A stretch of 63,328 bases of DNA, counting the filler, from Reticulomyxa filosa (lineage: Eukaryota; Protista; Foraminifera): the NCBI GenBank assembly GCA_000512085.1. It is 16 parts of 16 records of this genome, joined end to end, with 100 filler letters (N's around TTAATTAATTAA, not from the genome) between each part and the next. Parts side by side here need not be neighbours in the genome. Positions count along the whole stretch, not along the records: positions 1 to 1,553 come from ASPP01006168.1; positions 1,654 to 10,951 come from ASPP01019526.1; positions 11,052 to 12,103 come from ASPP01022510.1; positions 12,204 to 19,616 come from ASPP01000192.1; 12 more parts are not named here. One strand, written 5' to 3'. Made by a program: the position numbers and the translations under genes. Shown here piece after piece: positions 1-13,477 of this stretch (position 1 is the first letter of the stretch; each line of letters starts with the position of its first letter). The notes beneath the pieces are model-generated. The model did not search any database. It had not been told where the DNA came from and worked only from the letters and a program-made list of their open reading frames with translations.

Positions 1-18
1 ATGTCATTTCATTTTATT

Positions 19-1476
19 TTATTTTATTTGTAAATGTAAACTCACTCGATGCCTGTCAATTTCGTCATACCAAAACCAAAGCGTCCCTCCACTGTTGTTG
101 CTGTTGTGATCCGTAAACTTGTTGTGATCCATGTGCAACACGTGGTAGCGAATGTCCGGCAACACGTCGGGCAAGTTCCCAAAGTAGGTGTAGTTGGTGT
201 CGTCCAACACATAGTGCATGAACAAGGCACCACCGCTTTGGTTCACATGCGCGACGAAATTGTCGTTGAATATGTTGTCGAACAAGTAGATCTCGTCGTC
301 CAAAGGGACACTCATGTTGTTTGGCACTGCCGAAAACGTTTGGCTTTTGCGTTCGCTTCCACCGCTCGTGTTGTGATAAAGTACGATATGAAACACTCCT
401 CCTCCTCCTTCGCTAAAGTCATCTTTTTTTTTATTTTTTATTTTTAGAATCAATAAATATAAATAAATACATAAATATATACATATATATATATATGTAT
501 ATATTTATGTATTTATTTATTGCAATAACTTGATGGATCAATCACAGTCGATTGACTCATGTTAGGAATCACTCCATTTTGCAAAAAGGTGCAACGATGA
601 ACATACAAGCGCAGGCCGGCGATGAGCGACAATTGCGAGTCGTTGAAACTGGAGCTGTCGATGAAATTGGCAATGTAATTGAAGCCTTGGTAGTGGATGA
701 CTCCTCCGCAGTTTTCCACATGGTTTTGAGCAAAGTGCGAATATGTGATGGAGATCAGACCAAAGGCTTCCATGTGACTTTGGATGGAAAACACACCGCC
801 GTAGAACGAGTTCCAGTTGTTGAGGAAGTGACTGTTATCGATAAACACAATGGACGAATTGAGCTGATTGTACTCAAAGGTGGAGACGTTATACAAATGA
901 TCGAGCGCGTTGCTTTTGGAAAACAGTATCACCATACCGCCGCTCACGTACGGACTCGATGTGCCTGTCCACACTCGGTTGTCACTATATGCACTTTCCA
1001 AATACTGCAAAGACGTGTCGGTCAAGTGCAGGACGGCACCCATTTGGATGATGGAGACGTTATTGAGTGAGCAGTTGTAGAAGCGGAGTTGGATGGGGCC
1101 ATCGTCGCTCGAGTTTCTCGCCTTGCTGCGAAGTAAAAAGCCGTGACTGAACCAGATGTTTCGGATAAACGAGTCCATAAACTCATAGCGATACTGCGAT
1201 TGATACGCAAATGAGTCATTCAAGTCGTCGACCGTCATTCCCGACTCAAAGTCAAACAAGGCAAATGACGTAGACATGCCCAGAGCGTCGTAGTCGACTA
1301 TACTCGTCGCACTGGACGAGTCGTCCTCGCCAATACTTAACGCACTCGTATTCAGTCGAAATCCTTCAAATCGAGTGTTCCAAAAGGATACTTTGTCTGA
1401 ATTCGTTACGTTGACAAGTGAAAACGAGTTCATTTTCGTTGATAATGAGAACAAGGCAGGAGAGGCTACTCCATTA
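19..1476 (-). CDS. Partial multi-exon protein with Chlamydia Pmp-like (GGA[ILV]/FxxN) beta-helix repeats
   Basis: Recurring FxxN...GG(A/V)x motifs: FLNNWNSFYGGVF, FAQNHVENCGGVI, FNDNFVAHVNQSGGALF, FTDHNSNNSGGTL. Two exons separated by an AT/TA-microsatellite intron at about 420-520. Confidence 0.6.
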
Positions 1477-1510
1477 CTTTTTTTCAAAAAATAAATCAAT
1501 ACAAATATAT

Positions 1511-1547
<37 letters not shown>

Positions 1548-1553
1548 TAATAT

Positions 1554-1653
1554 NNNNNNNNNNNNNNNNNNNNNNNNNNNNNNNNNNNNNNNNNNNNTTA
1601 ATTAATTAANNNNNNNNNNNNNNNNNNNNNNNNNNNNNNNNNNNNNNNNNNNN
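1554..1653. other. Artificial contig spacer N44-TTAATTAATTAA-N44 (first of 15)
   Basis: Identical 100-nt spacers with stops in all six frames at 1554, 10952, 12104, 19617, 22092, 26098, 29315, 36948, 39217, 40594, 41711, 43788, 46562, 53446 and 62213. Adjacent contigs are unlinked. Confidence 0.99.
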
Positions 1654-2085
1654 GTTTATGGCGTGGAACAACAATCGAAACTGATAGTGTGCTTGCGCAC
1701 ATGCGCAACTTTGGATTTTGAGCTTTGCATGTGATAATGGGAGGAATCATGAGCTCGTAAGCGACATTAAGCATTGATGATTGGCGAAGAAAGAGATATA
1801 GAGCGAGTAGCAGAAAGAACTGTTTCACTTTTTGACTCCATCATTGCAAGAGTCGTGTGTCTTTAGTTTATCGGACAAGCGCTGATTATCTTTACTGAAC
1901 TGTCTATATGGTCGACTATGGACAAACGGACGATTTGGTGGATGCGATGTAATACTTTGTATTCGCTGCATTAATCCCATAACTTGAAGAAAAATGACTT
2001 GCATTTCGCCAATTTGTACTTTTTTGCGTTGGATTCGTGTCGACTTGAGGTTTGAATTGTAAATCGTGTGGAATCTTGAGCGCAC
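1654..2085 (-). CDS. 5' fragment of a hypothetical protein (homopolymer frameshift near 1829)
   Basis: ORFs 1825-2085 and 1598-1828 join if one A is added in GTCAAAAAGTG. Product not recognised. Confidence 0.3.
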
Positions 2086-2602
2086 TTAAAAATCAAGTTG
2101 AACCATGTCACGCGAGAAAACAAGAAAGAAAAGCAAAAACGAATACGTCCAATAACGAAGAAGAAAATAAAATGATACCCTCCCTCATTGAATCGCCAAT
2201 CCAAACATTGTGACTTACTTGAAAGCGAGCACTTTCAATTTGATTTTCTATATTTTTGTTCAGCAATCAAATTCATTTCTTTACTGTTTGCACGACTAAA
2301 AGAGAGGGATTTATCTTTTAAAACACATCAAATTGAAACAAAAAATTTTACTAAAATCTAAACAGTGTCAACAGCTCAACAAAAAGATAGTTTGATGTTC
2401 TATGATTGAGTTTTTTATTTAGAAAATTCCGCAAATGTGATTGATGCGATTTACATATGCTTCGTGAACTTCAAAACAGACAAAATTTGAACAAAATACA
2501 CTGTTGCATCACAATCAACGTTTGATGATAGGTTCTTTTCCCCATAACTCCTACCCATTTTTAACAGCTAAAAATTAAACAGAAAAATCAAACAAGAAAA
2601 TA

Positions 2603-2801
2603 CTAGCACTTGTCTTTTTTTTTGTTGGTTACTTCAAATACGGCAACAATTGGTCGGTGATCAGACACACCGAACGTTTCTTGTTTAGGCCACTCCTTGG
2701 AAAGACAAACAAACAAGTTTAAAAAAATAATGCACACAAAAAAACAATTGTAATTTGTTAGTGTGACCTCCAACCCGATTAAAAAATGTAAGAAATGTTA
2801 T

Positions 2802-2842
<41 letters not shown>

Positions 2843-4070
2843 AAACTTTCCAATTCAATTGGCGGGGGTACAAATAAGAAAGAACAGGCTTAAAATGGTG
2901 CCCATCACTTTTTTTGATATTTTTGTACAGTACAAAGTCACAGCCAGTGGAAATATTGTGATGATTCAAATGAGACACAAATAATTTGGAATTTTTTTTT
3001 ATGATGATTAGGTTGATGGTGATCGAGTTCCAATTGATGAGTAACTTTATCATCGTTAATGAAGATAGCGTCATTGAAATTGCATTCATGCAAAACCGAG
3101 GAGTATCCTCTAGTAACAAAAGCCTGAGTGCAATAATCAAAATATTCACAATTGAAATCTCCACACACGATTTTGGCATTAATGTCACAATGTTCCAAAT
3201 CCAAGCGATTGGACTTACTGGCTTTGTACTCGTGATCGAGCGTGTCATCTTGGAGCATTGCCACCAATTCCATTGCTAATTCCCGTCGTCTTTCTTCGTC
3301 GGTTTGGTTTTCCGCAAATGTAAAGTGGTTATTACAAATCAATACTGTAGCGCCATTCTATTGTATACAATTATTACGAATGTACCAATTTTAGAGGGTG
3401 AGAATACATAAGAAAGAGGAGGAGAAAAAAAAAAAAAAAGGGGAGGTTAATCTTTTGAGAAGAATGAAGTAAAAAGGTTACGACAATACAAAAAAAAAAA
3501 AAAAAAAATTTTAAAAAAAGTAAGTATACGTACAGAACTTGCTTGTGCTGCGCAACAGTGACCAGAGCCACTCGATTGCTGGATTTGAATGGTATTTTAT
3601 GAACGGAGATTAACTTTCCAATGTTTAGTTATTAATCAATGTCGCCAATCCGTCTGGCTTATTTTTTCCGTTCTTTTAAAGTAATACAATTCGTAATGTA
3701 AAGGTTGGAACGTTTGTTCATACAATTTCACAAAGTCCTCATTGTCGCACCAAAACTCTTGCAGACAAATTATATCACATAAATTGGATGCTTTATCTTT
3801 ATCCTTTTCTTCGTCGGACTTTTGCTTCTTTGTCCCTTCTTCCACACTTTCTGTTTTCTCTGTCACGTGGCTTGTCTCTTTCTTCTCACTCTTTGCTTCT
3901 GTCAACAATTTTTGCAACGTGTCCAATATTTGATGCTGGCGCGCTGACCATACTTCTTTGCTCCCCCTTTCGTTTTTTTTTGAGTTCCAATAGGGACACA
4001 AAATGTTGAAGGTCGCAACCGAAAAAGAGAATGGTTGATATGAATTTAGTTCGCTTGATATTTTCTCCAT
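2603..4070 (-). CDS. Endonuclease/exonuclease/phosphatase (EEP) family protein, resembling the plant At1g02270-type family; multi-exon, several homopolymer frameshifts
   Basis: Motifs in order: ATFNIL, DIICLQEFW, DGLATL, NNHF, IVCGDFN, VSHLNHH-TGCDFVL, and a terminal exon with SDHRPIVAVF. Stop TAG at 2603. Confidence 0.85.
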
Positions 4071-6047
4071 TCCAAAGCGTACACAATGTCGTAAGTAGCT
4101 CTTCAAGGCTTAGCCACGCTTGGATAAGCTCTAAAAAAAGGGCAGCAAAATATTTTTTAAAAGGGGGTGCAACGAAACCCGCGAGTCTCCGTGGTTGTGG
4201 TCCCTTTCTTACAGAAGATAGCAATACTTTTCTCAAAAACTAACTTAAAAAATATTTTTGCGATTATAACACTTTTCTTTGAAGTATTAACATGTCACAT
4301 TAAAATTGAAGAGGAAAAAGCAGAAAGGAATTTGGAGGGGTTTGTGATTATATATTTCTCAGTTCATGGTTACTCCGTTTGTCTTCAACACAATCTTTTC
4401 TTTTTACTTTAAAGAGAGTCATGCATTTTCACATTGATTTTGACAAGTTACCAGAGGTGTTCGCGTCGTCAGTTAACTTGTCTTTTCAACAATGAAAAAA
4501 GCAACAGTACTAATAAAAAAGATTGTTGCAAAATGTTGTTCGGTAACGACGGATAAAAAATTTAGATGTTTTTTTTATTTATGTTATAAATAACAAAAAA
4601 TTATATTATTGATTTCGCTTTATTTGAGACTTGAAATAAGATCTAAGATATACTATGTTTATTCACACTTAAGTGTATGCTAGTTATTTAGTGCCAACAT
4701 GACTTAAGCATCACAGTCTCATGATTTAATTGAATTACTAAAGCGAACAATTTGATATTTATTTACTATCATAATATTGATATTATATACTTTCAAAATT
4801 ATAATTATAATTTAGTTAAAAAGAAAAATTTATCTTAAAATCTTTTATTATCAATATTCATTCGGAACGGTTCCGACTAATGTTTCAGTTAATATTAGCA
4901 CTAGAATGCTAGTGAATTGCAATGTTGTTATAATGTTATTGGTGCTTTTTTTTAAAAAAATAGATAACTAAACTAATTAAACGTACTAAATGAATGATAC
5001 AACTTAGTACAATAAGAACAAATACAAATTTGGACAAGCTGTCGACGTTGTCAGCATATTACCAAAATAAATATGCCGAATAAACATAGCAGACAATATT
5101 GAACAACGCAGATTCACATAATTCTACGTCAATACACTTTCTACGCTAAAGAAAAAAACAAAAGATATGAAAAATGCCAAAAGGGCAAACGTATTTGGCA
5201 ACTAGTATCTTATTATACTGTATACTCCCAACGCAAATAGCATTAAATCGTTGAGGATACTATTCACAAATACTATTTTTCGCCTTCTTCACTTTGCGAC
5301 GATTTCACACAATATGTGCCATATGTACCGAAACTTCGTAATGAGGTTGCTATTTGTTTTAGTTTTTTTTCTTTATCTTTTTATGATTTTTTTCAACTTA
5401 ATCAATATATAAACATTATCAGTTTAAAAAACTCAGTGAAATGAGCCCTCCACATCTCACTTATTCTTTCAAAGTGTGTTTTGTTGTTGCAGAACTTTGT
5501 TTAGTGTAAATTGAAGAATTTTGGTCATAGGTCTGAAAATATGAATTGAAGCTACTTTGATTTATAAATCTTTCTCAAAAGAATATTTTATTCTTCTTTG
5601 ATTTAATTAACTTGTTTTTTTATTAAAAAATCGATCACACAGTAATATTTTTCGTATTACACTTTGTGCAGGTTAAAGTGACAGTCAGTGCACCCTATAT
5701 TGTCGTCAGAAATTCAAATCAAAATGAAAGAAAAAAATATAAGATGTGCGTGTTGGTGATGAGAATAGTGTTATAGTGCATGTTGTAATTTCTGAAGTAA
5801 GAATGTACTTTTTTTTTTTTTTTGTCACTATTCTGTTAAATAAGAAAAAAAAAAGGGCAAGAAAAAAACAAAAAAAAATTGTATTTGAAATCAGCACAAT
5901 TTTGCACAAAGAATCACATCCCCATAATTTTATGGCCATATAAAAATAAGAACAAAAAAACCGGGAGCAAGGAGAATTTTATTTTATCCACTGTATATTT
6001 TTGATTTTCTGTTTGAGAAACATAGACCACATTAAACGAATGTTTCT

Positions 6048-7951
6048 TTAAAGATAAATGAAAGCAAAGACAGAGGCAGGAAATAACTTTGCTAAAGTGC
6101 CAGACAAGACAACATTGGAAGGACTTTCCGACAGTGAATAGGATGATTTGATTTTGGGATGGATACGTTTGGCCTGCGAATAGTCTTGGACGACGTGAGG
6201 ACGTCCGGCAGAGTCAGGAGCGTCCAACAACAGCTGCTTTTTGACTTTTTCGCGAGAGATGCGTCTGACTTGATTGTTCATGCCAAAGTAGAACAAGTCC
6301 TCTTCTTTTTCAAACTTGTGCGTTTTAGGAATAAGCGAATGGGTGATTGGCTTTGAAGCTTGCGTGTTTGGTTTGTAAATGTCATAGGAATAGGATTTAG
6401 AAACGGAGCCATCTTCAAACTCTTCTTCAAAGTGATGACCAAGTTTGGAGCCATTGTTGTTACACTCATCACTTTTGTGCGAAAAAGAATGAGCAGACGA
6501 GAGAATGGACTGTCCACAATCGACTCTCGATTGGACTTGGTTCCAACATACTTTTTTTGTCACAATTTTTTTGTTTGGTTTTTTGGACCGCAGATTGTCT
6601 GGCAAATACGACACCGTTTTGGGTTTGACGTGCGACCAGTCGACTTTGTAGTTTTGAATCATTTTGTGCTTCCTCTTTGATGCCGTTGTCATCGTTGCTG
6701 CTGTGGTCGCATCCTGCAGCGCGTGCTCCTCGACGTCCTTCGGTTCAAACGAGACGGGCGCCGTTTGTGGTCGGTACGAACCGTCGTCCGTCATCTCGCT
6801 CATGTCGTCCCTGTCGTTTGCTTCTTTCCAAGGCGACCTGGAGTGAGGAGTGAGTTTCAAGTGTCCTGCTTTGCCTTTGCTTTGCTTTGTTTGTGAGTGG
6901 GTCAACACACACACACACATACACATGTCACGACCCCTTTTATAAAACAATGTTTACTATTACTTGTTTTTTTTTTTTTAAAAAAAAAAAAACAAAACTG
7001 AAAAAGATTGTCTCAACAACTTTAATTTATTTCTAATTTCATAAAGTGATGGTGCATTATTATTATTATTATTATTAGGACAGAGATCAGTTGGCGTAGG
7101 CGACGACAACAAGAGAGAAGAGTCATGCGAAATAGCGTGGGCGACATTAGGAGAATGAAATAGATTGTGTTGCATTTGCTTTGGAAATAATTGAATTCGA
7201 CGAATCATACCGGGATTTTGCTCCATCAATTCTTGCAACGATGTAAACAGCTTTGTCTTCATTTCGATCACTTTGTGCTTGTACTGCTCGGTCATGGCAT
7301 GGTCTTGCGGTCGTCCCTTGTTTGGGTAGTCATCTATCCTCGATTGCAGTCGGAATATCTCTTGGATCATTTCGTGAATGTCCACGTTGAAATACAGACA
7401 ATTGCGCAGCACAATCGATTCCAACATCGAATACACCACGTCGTATTGGAGTGCGGGCGACCCTGTGAAATGAAATTGGTCGTGACGATAGTGCGAAACA
7501 GCGCTCGCGTCTGTTTGCAGCGTTTGCGCAATTGTGGTGACCTCTTTGGCGGTCGTTGCAATGATATTCGTCATCGATAGGCTGTTGCTATTGCCGTTAT
7601 TGTAAACGTTTTGACCCAAGCTTTCGTCGATTCTGCGATTCAACAACTTGACCAATAGCGTTTTGAATTGGAACATTTTCCATTGTCGTTGGATTTTTCC
7701 CGCGCTTTTATCTCGTCGTGTTGGAGACACCGATAGTGCTACTTGTTGTTGCTGTTTCAATTGAGGAGGTTCTGAGAGCGACGAATAAATTGGTGATTGC
7801 GGCGGAGTATACAAAGGATCAAACAGCGCATCTTTTAAAGACTGTTCCAGCGAATACGGTTGCTTTGGGGGATATTTCACATGCGGTTGATCAGGAGGTG
7901 TGTCAAATAATGACAATATATCAAACTCTTTTCCGGGTTCGATTGAAGGCG

Positions 7952-7990
<39 letters not shown>

Positions 7991-9065
7991 CATTGCTATT
8001 ATGACTGTCATTGTTAACATTACTCACAGCAAAAATGTCCAACAAATCATGATTAGAATGAATTGGAGACTCAAGTTCATCTGTATTGACCTTGTCAAAT
8101 TCAATCGAAACCTGACGATCCTCTCCTAAGAAAGTAGCGGTTGGTAAAATGTCCATGCCCAAATCGCGCTTTTGTCCATTGTATTGAATCAATTGCTTCA
8201 CATTGGGGATAGTGTCATTACCAGAATTCACTTCGTTTGTAAGCGCTTTTTGAGATTGGAGCATGACTTGAGATTCAATGTTTTTTATCGACTGCTCAAT
8301 CTTTGCTAAAAACGATGATGCGGATGATATATCACTGGCATCACTCGCGGTGTCACTATCCGTTTCCTCCTTTTCGTTTTCATTTGCGTTTTTATTTTCA
8401 TCTTTCAATTCAATTGTCACTGCATTCTCTACTCTTTCTTTGCCACTTGGTCTTTCGGCTTCGTCTTCCTCCCATAGATTTTCATTTTTGCTTGACAGTG
8501 TTGAGTCGTCCACAAAATCTTTTATTATACGTGGTATGTTATCATATTCTGTCAATGCTTTTGCTATTGCATTGTCTTCTTCTTTTTCTGAATATAATTC
8601 GCTTTGTTGTGTTTTTTCAATTCCTTTCGCTACTTCATTTATTATGTTTTCTTTTTCTACGTTTTTCATTTCATCATTGTTATCATAATAATAATCGTTT
8701 TTGTCATTTTCTTCCTCTACTTCTTCTTCTTCTTCAGAAAGCACTGATTCCAATACACTCAATTCTACAAAACTCCCTTTTTTATTATTTGATTATATTT
8801 TTCGGACTTATAAACATTCCCAACCAAAAAAAAAACAAGAAATCGTTTTTTTTTTAGATTTTCTTTTGTTCAACAAAATATAACGTTCTGTTGAAATAAA
8901 GTGTAAATTGGGCAGCTTCTCATTTTCGGTTGGTACATGTAGCGTTTGCTTTTCGTTTGCGCTTTTTGTTGTATCTTGTGCTGTATTTGTTGCTTGGGAG
9001 GACTCAAATACCTTTGGTTCGGAGTACATGTCCTTTCCATGGTCTGTTGAATTTGAGGACTGCAT
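6048..9065 (-). CDS. Large multi-exon low-complexity protein with an IQ motif
   Basis: Long exons at 8890-9065, about 7000-8770 and about 6070-6880. Acidic N-terminal region, poly-Asn, IQ-like SAGKIQRQWK near 7690. Small 3' exons probably extend to about 5630. Confidence 0.65.
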
Positions 9066-10541
9066 TAGTTCATATAGGGTATTTTAGAAGAACGCAATGT
9101 TGCTTGCCCCTTTGGCGACTCACAAAAAAGTTATGTTACAGCTTCATGTAATAAGCAGGAACATTTAAAACTTTTTTCAATTGAAATTTGAAATAATAAT
9201 TAGATATAATAAAAATGATTCTCATTTTGTTTCAAATTAAAAAGTTAAATTTTTCAAGTTTACAAAAACACCAAAAAAGGCTGCGCCTGCTCGCAAGTTT
9301 GCTGCACATCAATGTTTGTTTTCCATTGCGGTGTGACCTATTAAAATATTTAAAAAACACTTCTTTTTCAGTCATAAAAAAAATTAACAAATGTCGATTT
9401 TCTTCTGCTGGGGCTGGGGAACAGTAACCCAAACTCCAATAGTTTTTAAAGCAAATCTAAATTATTCTGGCATTGCTTGTATTAAGACTTAAGGTATCAA
9501 AGAACCTAAGCCATGCCCGCGATGCCTTTTTTAGTTAAAAACACCACGCAATTTCGAAGAAAACTTACTAAGTGGCCAGTTATTCAGGTATACATCTGAC
9601 AAAAATGTTTGTTCCAAAGACTTTTGAAATCTACAGTATATCAAAACAATTAAAGAAAAAAACAAACAGTCTTTGAAGGGGAAATTCAACGTTCAGTTAA
9701 AGAACCCGTAAGTCCCGTGTGAAACAGTAGTTTTGAAGAAAAAGATCTTTTTTAATTAATGTTAAACAAAACGAGTTTGCATAAGATTTAAAATTATTAG
9801 ACTCGTTACAGTCAATGTGGAAACAAATGGCTCTTTTTTTTTAACAAGTTCGCAAAAGTGAAGTTTACAACATGACCTAGTCATTGGCACACAATCATCA
9901 CTATTGCGGTTACTTTGTGATCCTACCATTCATATTGATTTCACTCGAAACACTGTCAAAGCAACAAAAGGCTCAGCATTGAATGAAATTTGTCACAAAA
10001 ATGCTACACTTAATAAAAATGAAAACCAAGCAAAATCGTCACAAAACATTAATATGCAGTAATCTAACTTATTTTTCTGGAAATATCTTGATTCACTTTT
10101 GGTGCCATTGGAGCTACATTGTCTTAATGTATCATTTCACAAGATCGTTCTATCACCCGAGTGGTTAGTAAGAGCTACCCACGTGAAGTTTTTCTGAAGA
10201 AGAAAAGCAAATATTTAAATATTGAGAAAAGTAGTATTTCAATGATATTGATTGAGATATGTAAATTGAGTTGTTTTCATATGATCGGTTAACACCAAAT
10301 ATTACAACAAACTATATTGTATTTGATTCAAAAATAAATACGCTTCGAATGTTATCTTTAAACAAGCAACAGTGCCAGTATTCTGTTTTCTGTATATTGT
10401 TTTGAGAGACATAATTGAGAAAGGTGAGAAAGACATGAGATTTTTTGTATTTTATAATGTTTTGGAGTTGTTTTTATCTTATAATATGAATTGGAAGTTC
10501 TAACGTTTTGTTTTAATTTAAAATTTAAAAAAACCTTGAAC

Positions 10542-10951
10542 ATGTCAATTACCAAAGAAGGCGTAACGCGATTGGATAGATGGATTCATGGTAGTAAAGA
10601 GACCACATTAGAAGATCAAACAGCAACAGCCACGCAAAAAAGAGTATGCAATATATATGGCGAAGGGACTGTTGCAGCTGGCCGTGCAGAGTGGGACGTG
10701 AGACTTGACTTTGAAGGATATGGAGGAGTGACGATCGGACTGTGGAGACATAACTTACGAGACAAAACAAGTGCGTCCAAAACAATGGACACTAAGTTTT
10801 TGAGCCAATATTAATGTACATAACATACTTTTTGTTTTGTTTTGTTTTAATTATAAAAAAAAAGATTTGGATGAATTGCCGTTGGAGAGCGAGCAATTTG
10901 TAAATTTGGAAAATGGGTATGGATTTACAAATAAAACGGGTGAGTTTATCC
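10542..10951 (+). CDS. 5' fragment, possible SPRY/B30.2-like domain protein
   Basis: GRAEWDVRLDFEGYGGVTIGLW resembles the SPRY 'GxHYWEV...IGV' strand pair. Second exon LDELPLESEQFVNLENGYGF is cut by the contig end. Confidence 0.4.
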
Positions 10952-11051
10952 NNNNNNNNNNNNNNNNNNNNNNNNNNNNNNNNNNNNNNNNNNNNTTAAT
11001 TAATTAANNNNNNNNNNNNNNNNNNNNNNNNNNNNNNNNNNNNNNNNNNNN

Positions 11052-12103
11052 GACAAGTTTCCTTTATTTGTTTGGAGTCGATAGATCGCAGTTTGACACC
11101 TTCTTTGGTGATTTGCCGCGCCAAGAGTTTTTCACCGAGACTTCTGGCATCTACATTGACGACAAACAAACTCTTTCTAATGTTGAGATTATACTGTAGA
11201 CATTGCCACATTGCGCTATGTTAAGTTAGCTCACTCTCGCTAGTAACGAATTTGCGCGTTCCAAACATGAATAATAATTCCATTACCAAACTTAGCAAAG
11301 CCGGCCAACTGGTTTTTTCTTTTAAAACAACTCCAACACGATATTGCATTGAAATACTCTTTCTCTTTCTCTTCTTGTCTGCTGGTGCCTTGATGCGAGT
11401 TTTGTACAACTCTTCCACAATTGAACCACTCACACGAAACGATGCTCCTGCTGTCGTGGTTTGCTTGACCGCAATGTTGGCTATTTTCTGACAACTTCCA
11501 CATTCTTCACTTGCCTTCGACTTCTTCGAAGTTCAGTCACTGCCACCGTTGATACACCATAATGTCGATTTGCGCGCTATCAGTCTTTTTTTTTCTGGTC
11601 TAGCTTGCTTTTATATCCAGATCCAGATTGTCCACGATTGTACATTAGAATCTTTCCAACCAATATCGTGAAGTTATCCAACTACGGCCATTCATCACAT
11701 CATCACATTCATAAATAAAAATCCAAAGCTGCGATTATGCGCACGTACACGACTAGATATTATCGACTAGTCTCCACTCTTCGATTGTCCACGTCCATAA
11801 AATTCTCTAAATTTTTACAACGATTGATTTTCCAGTTTTCGCCGGCTCAATCTTTGGTGCTTTGCCACTCGAAGAATTATATACATATCCACACCAGTCT
11901 TTCCAATGCTCAAGTTGACACTTCGCTTGACATTGTCACACTAGCCCATGATCTTTGCTATGTGAGAATAGTAGATGTCTGGAAGCGCAAAGTCGCTCTC
12001 GTGAAGAGCCTTTCCAATCAAATAAATCCAATGGGGTGGCGTCGTGATCCTATTTGCCACTGTTGTTGCTGTTGTTTGCTGTTGCTGCTGTTGTTTGCTG
12101 TTG
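11052..12103 (-). pseudogene. Degenerate coding-like sequence, unassigned
   Basis: Protein-like ORF fragments broken by many stops and shifts. No recognisable domain. Confidence 0.25.
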
Positions 12104-12277
12104 NNNNNNNNNNNNNNNNNNNNNNNNNNNNNNNNNNNNNNNNNNNNTTAATTAATTAANNNNNNNNNNNNNNNNNNNNNNNNNNNNNNNNNNNNNNNNN
12201 NNNTTTTTCATTAAGAAAATCTATCATCTTCATAAGGTGGCATTTTCAGTGTTCAGTTTTTTTTTCAACATACTGTA

Positions 12278-12872
12278 TTACCAAAGTTTGTTGGTCCATA
12301 TGTTGTTATCCAGGTACCAGTCCGGTAAATCTCAAAATAAAAAGTAAAAATGGACTCGAAAAGATAGTTCATGCGTCAAAACTTCGGAAATTGCATTCAC
12401 AAAATAGTCAAAATGAACTCGAAGATGATATTGCACAAGAACCACCTCATTTAGAACCATTGGTCAAGATACCACACCCTTTGGAACAAATGAACGATAC
12501 ATCACTTCATTTGGAACTACCACATTGGAACCGTTAAATGCTTATCACGACATTGACACATATGACTCACTAAGTCGCAAAGATAAATTGCCAGTGCAGT
12601 CAAAGCTGCAAGCGAAATGTGAACATTCACGATCTCAGATTTTGCCCGAATGAGGCAAAGAGGGAGAATGTAGTATTCATGATGTCGTAATAAATAATTC
12701 GCGCACTACAAGTGAACTTTGGAACATTTTATTCTAAAAACACACTACTCACTTTCACGACTTGTCTTTTTTCTTTCACTTGTTGAATCTTGTTGTTTAT
12801 TGTCTCTTTTTATTTAAATCATTAATCTTTTGTTTTAAATTGCTCAAAAGAGCGAAAACCTTTCGTATTACA
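12278..12872 (+). mobile_element. 3' remnant of a Ty3/gypsy-type LTR retrotransposon: integrase GPY/F module, PPT and 3' LTR
   Basis: LPKFVGPYVVIQV/TSPVNLKIKSKNGLEKIVHASKLRK with one frameshift. Polypurine tract AAAGAGGGAGAA at 12657-12668 directly precedes TGTAGTA (12669), and the element ends TATTACA (12872). Confidence 0.75.
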
Positions 12873-13477
12873 GTTTGCACACCTCTTTCAGCAGCAGGAA
12901 AACCCACATCTAGTACGAAAGAAACTTTGCCCCAAGACACTAAATTTCAAAATTAATTAAATAAAAAAGACAATAATACAACGAAAACAATAAAGAAAAG
13001 TGATGTAAGTTTACTAACTGGAGGTTTAAGGTCCCTTGAGAATTATAATATGAGCTTACCCTGGCACAAAGAAGTTATATAAAACCTATTTCATATTTAA
13101 AAATTAAATGATTATAGATATTTTAAAAATTAAGTTTAGTTGTTTATTTTTCATGGAGAAAATTGATCATCTTCGTAATTGGCATTTTAGGTGTTAAGTT
13201 CTGTGCAACATGATGTAACTGAAATTGCAAAGTAATTACGAAAAGGTTTCATATACTGACTTCTAATAACCTTTTGCAAACGAACTACAACGCAATTTTC
13301 TTGTTTCTTTGGGTCAGTCCTTTGAAAAAATGGTCAAAAGTAGGTGTTGGTACAAGGTGCGCTGAATGTTTAACAAAATTTGTTCAATTTGATGATTGTT
13401 TAAATTGGCTTGTTTTATATTATTTGTTTATTATTGCGTTCTGTAGTTAATAATTTAATAATTTTTTCGTGGTCGTG

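Noticed and set aside
4862-4914. Short hairpin TCGGAACGGTTCCGA followed by CTAG, resembling a Helitron 3' end
   Set aside because: The spacing to CTAG is longer than typical, there is no second copy and no 5' TC end can be identified.
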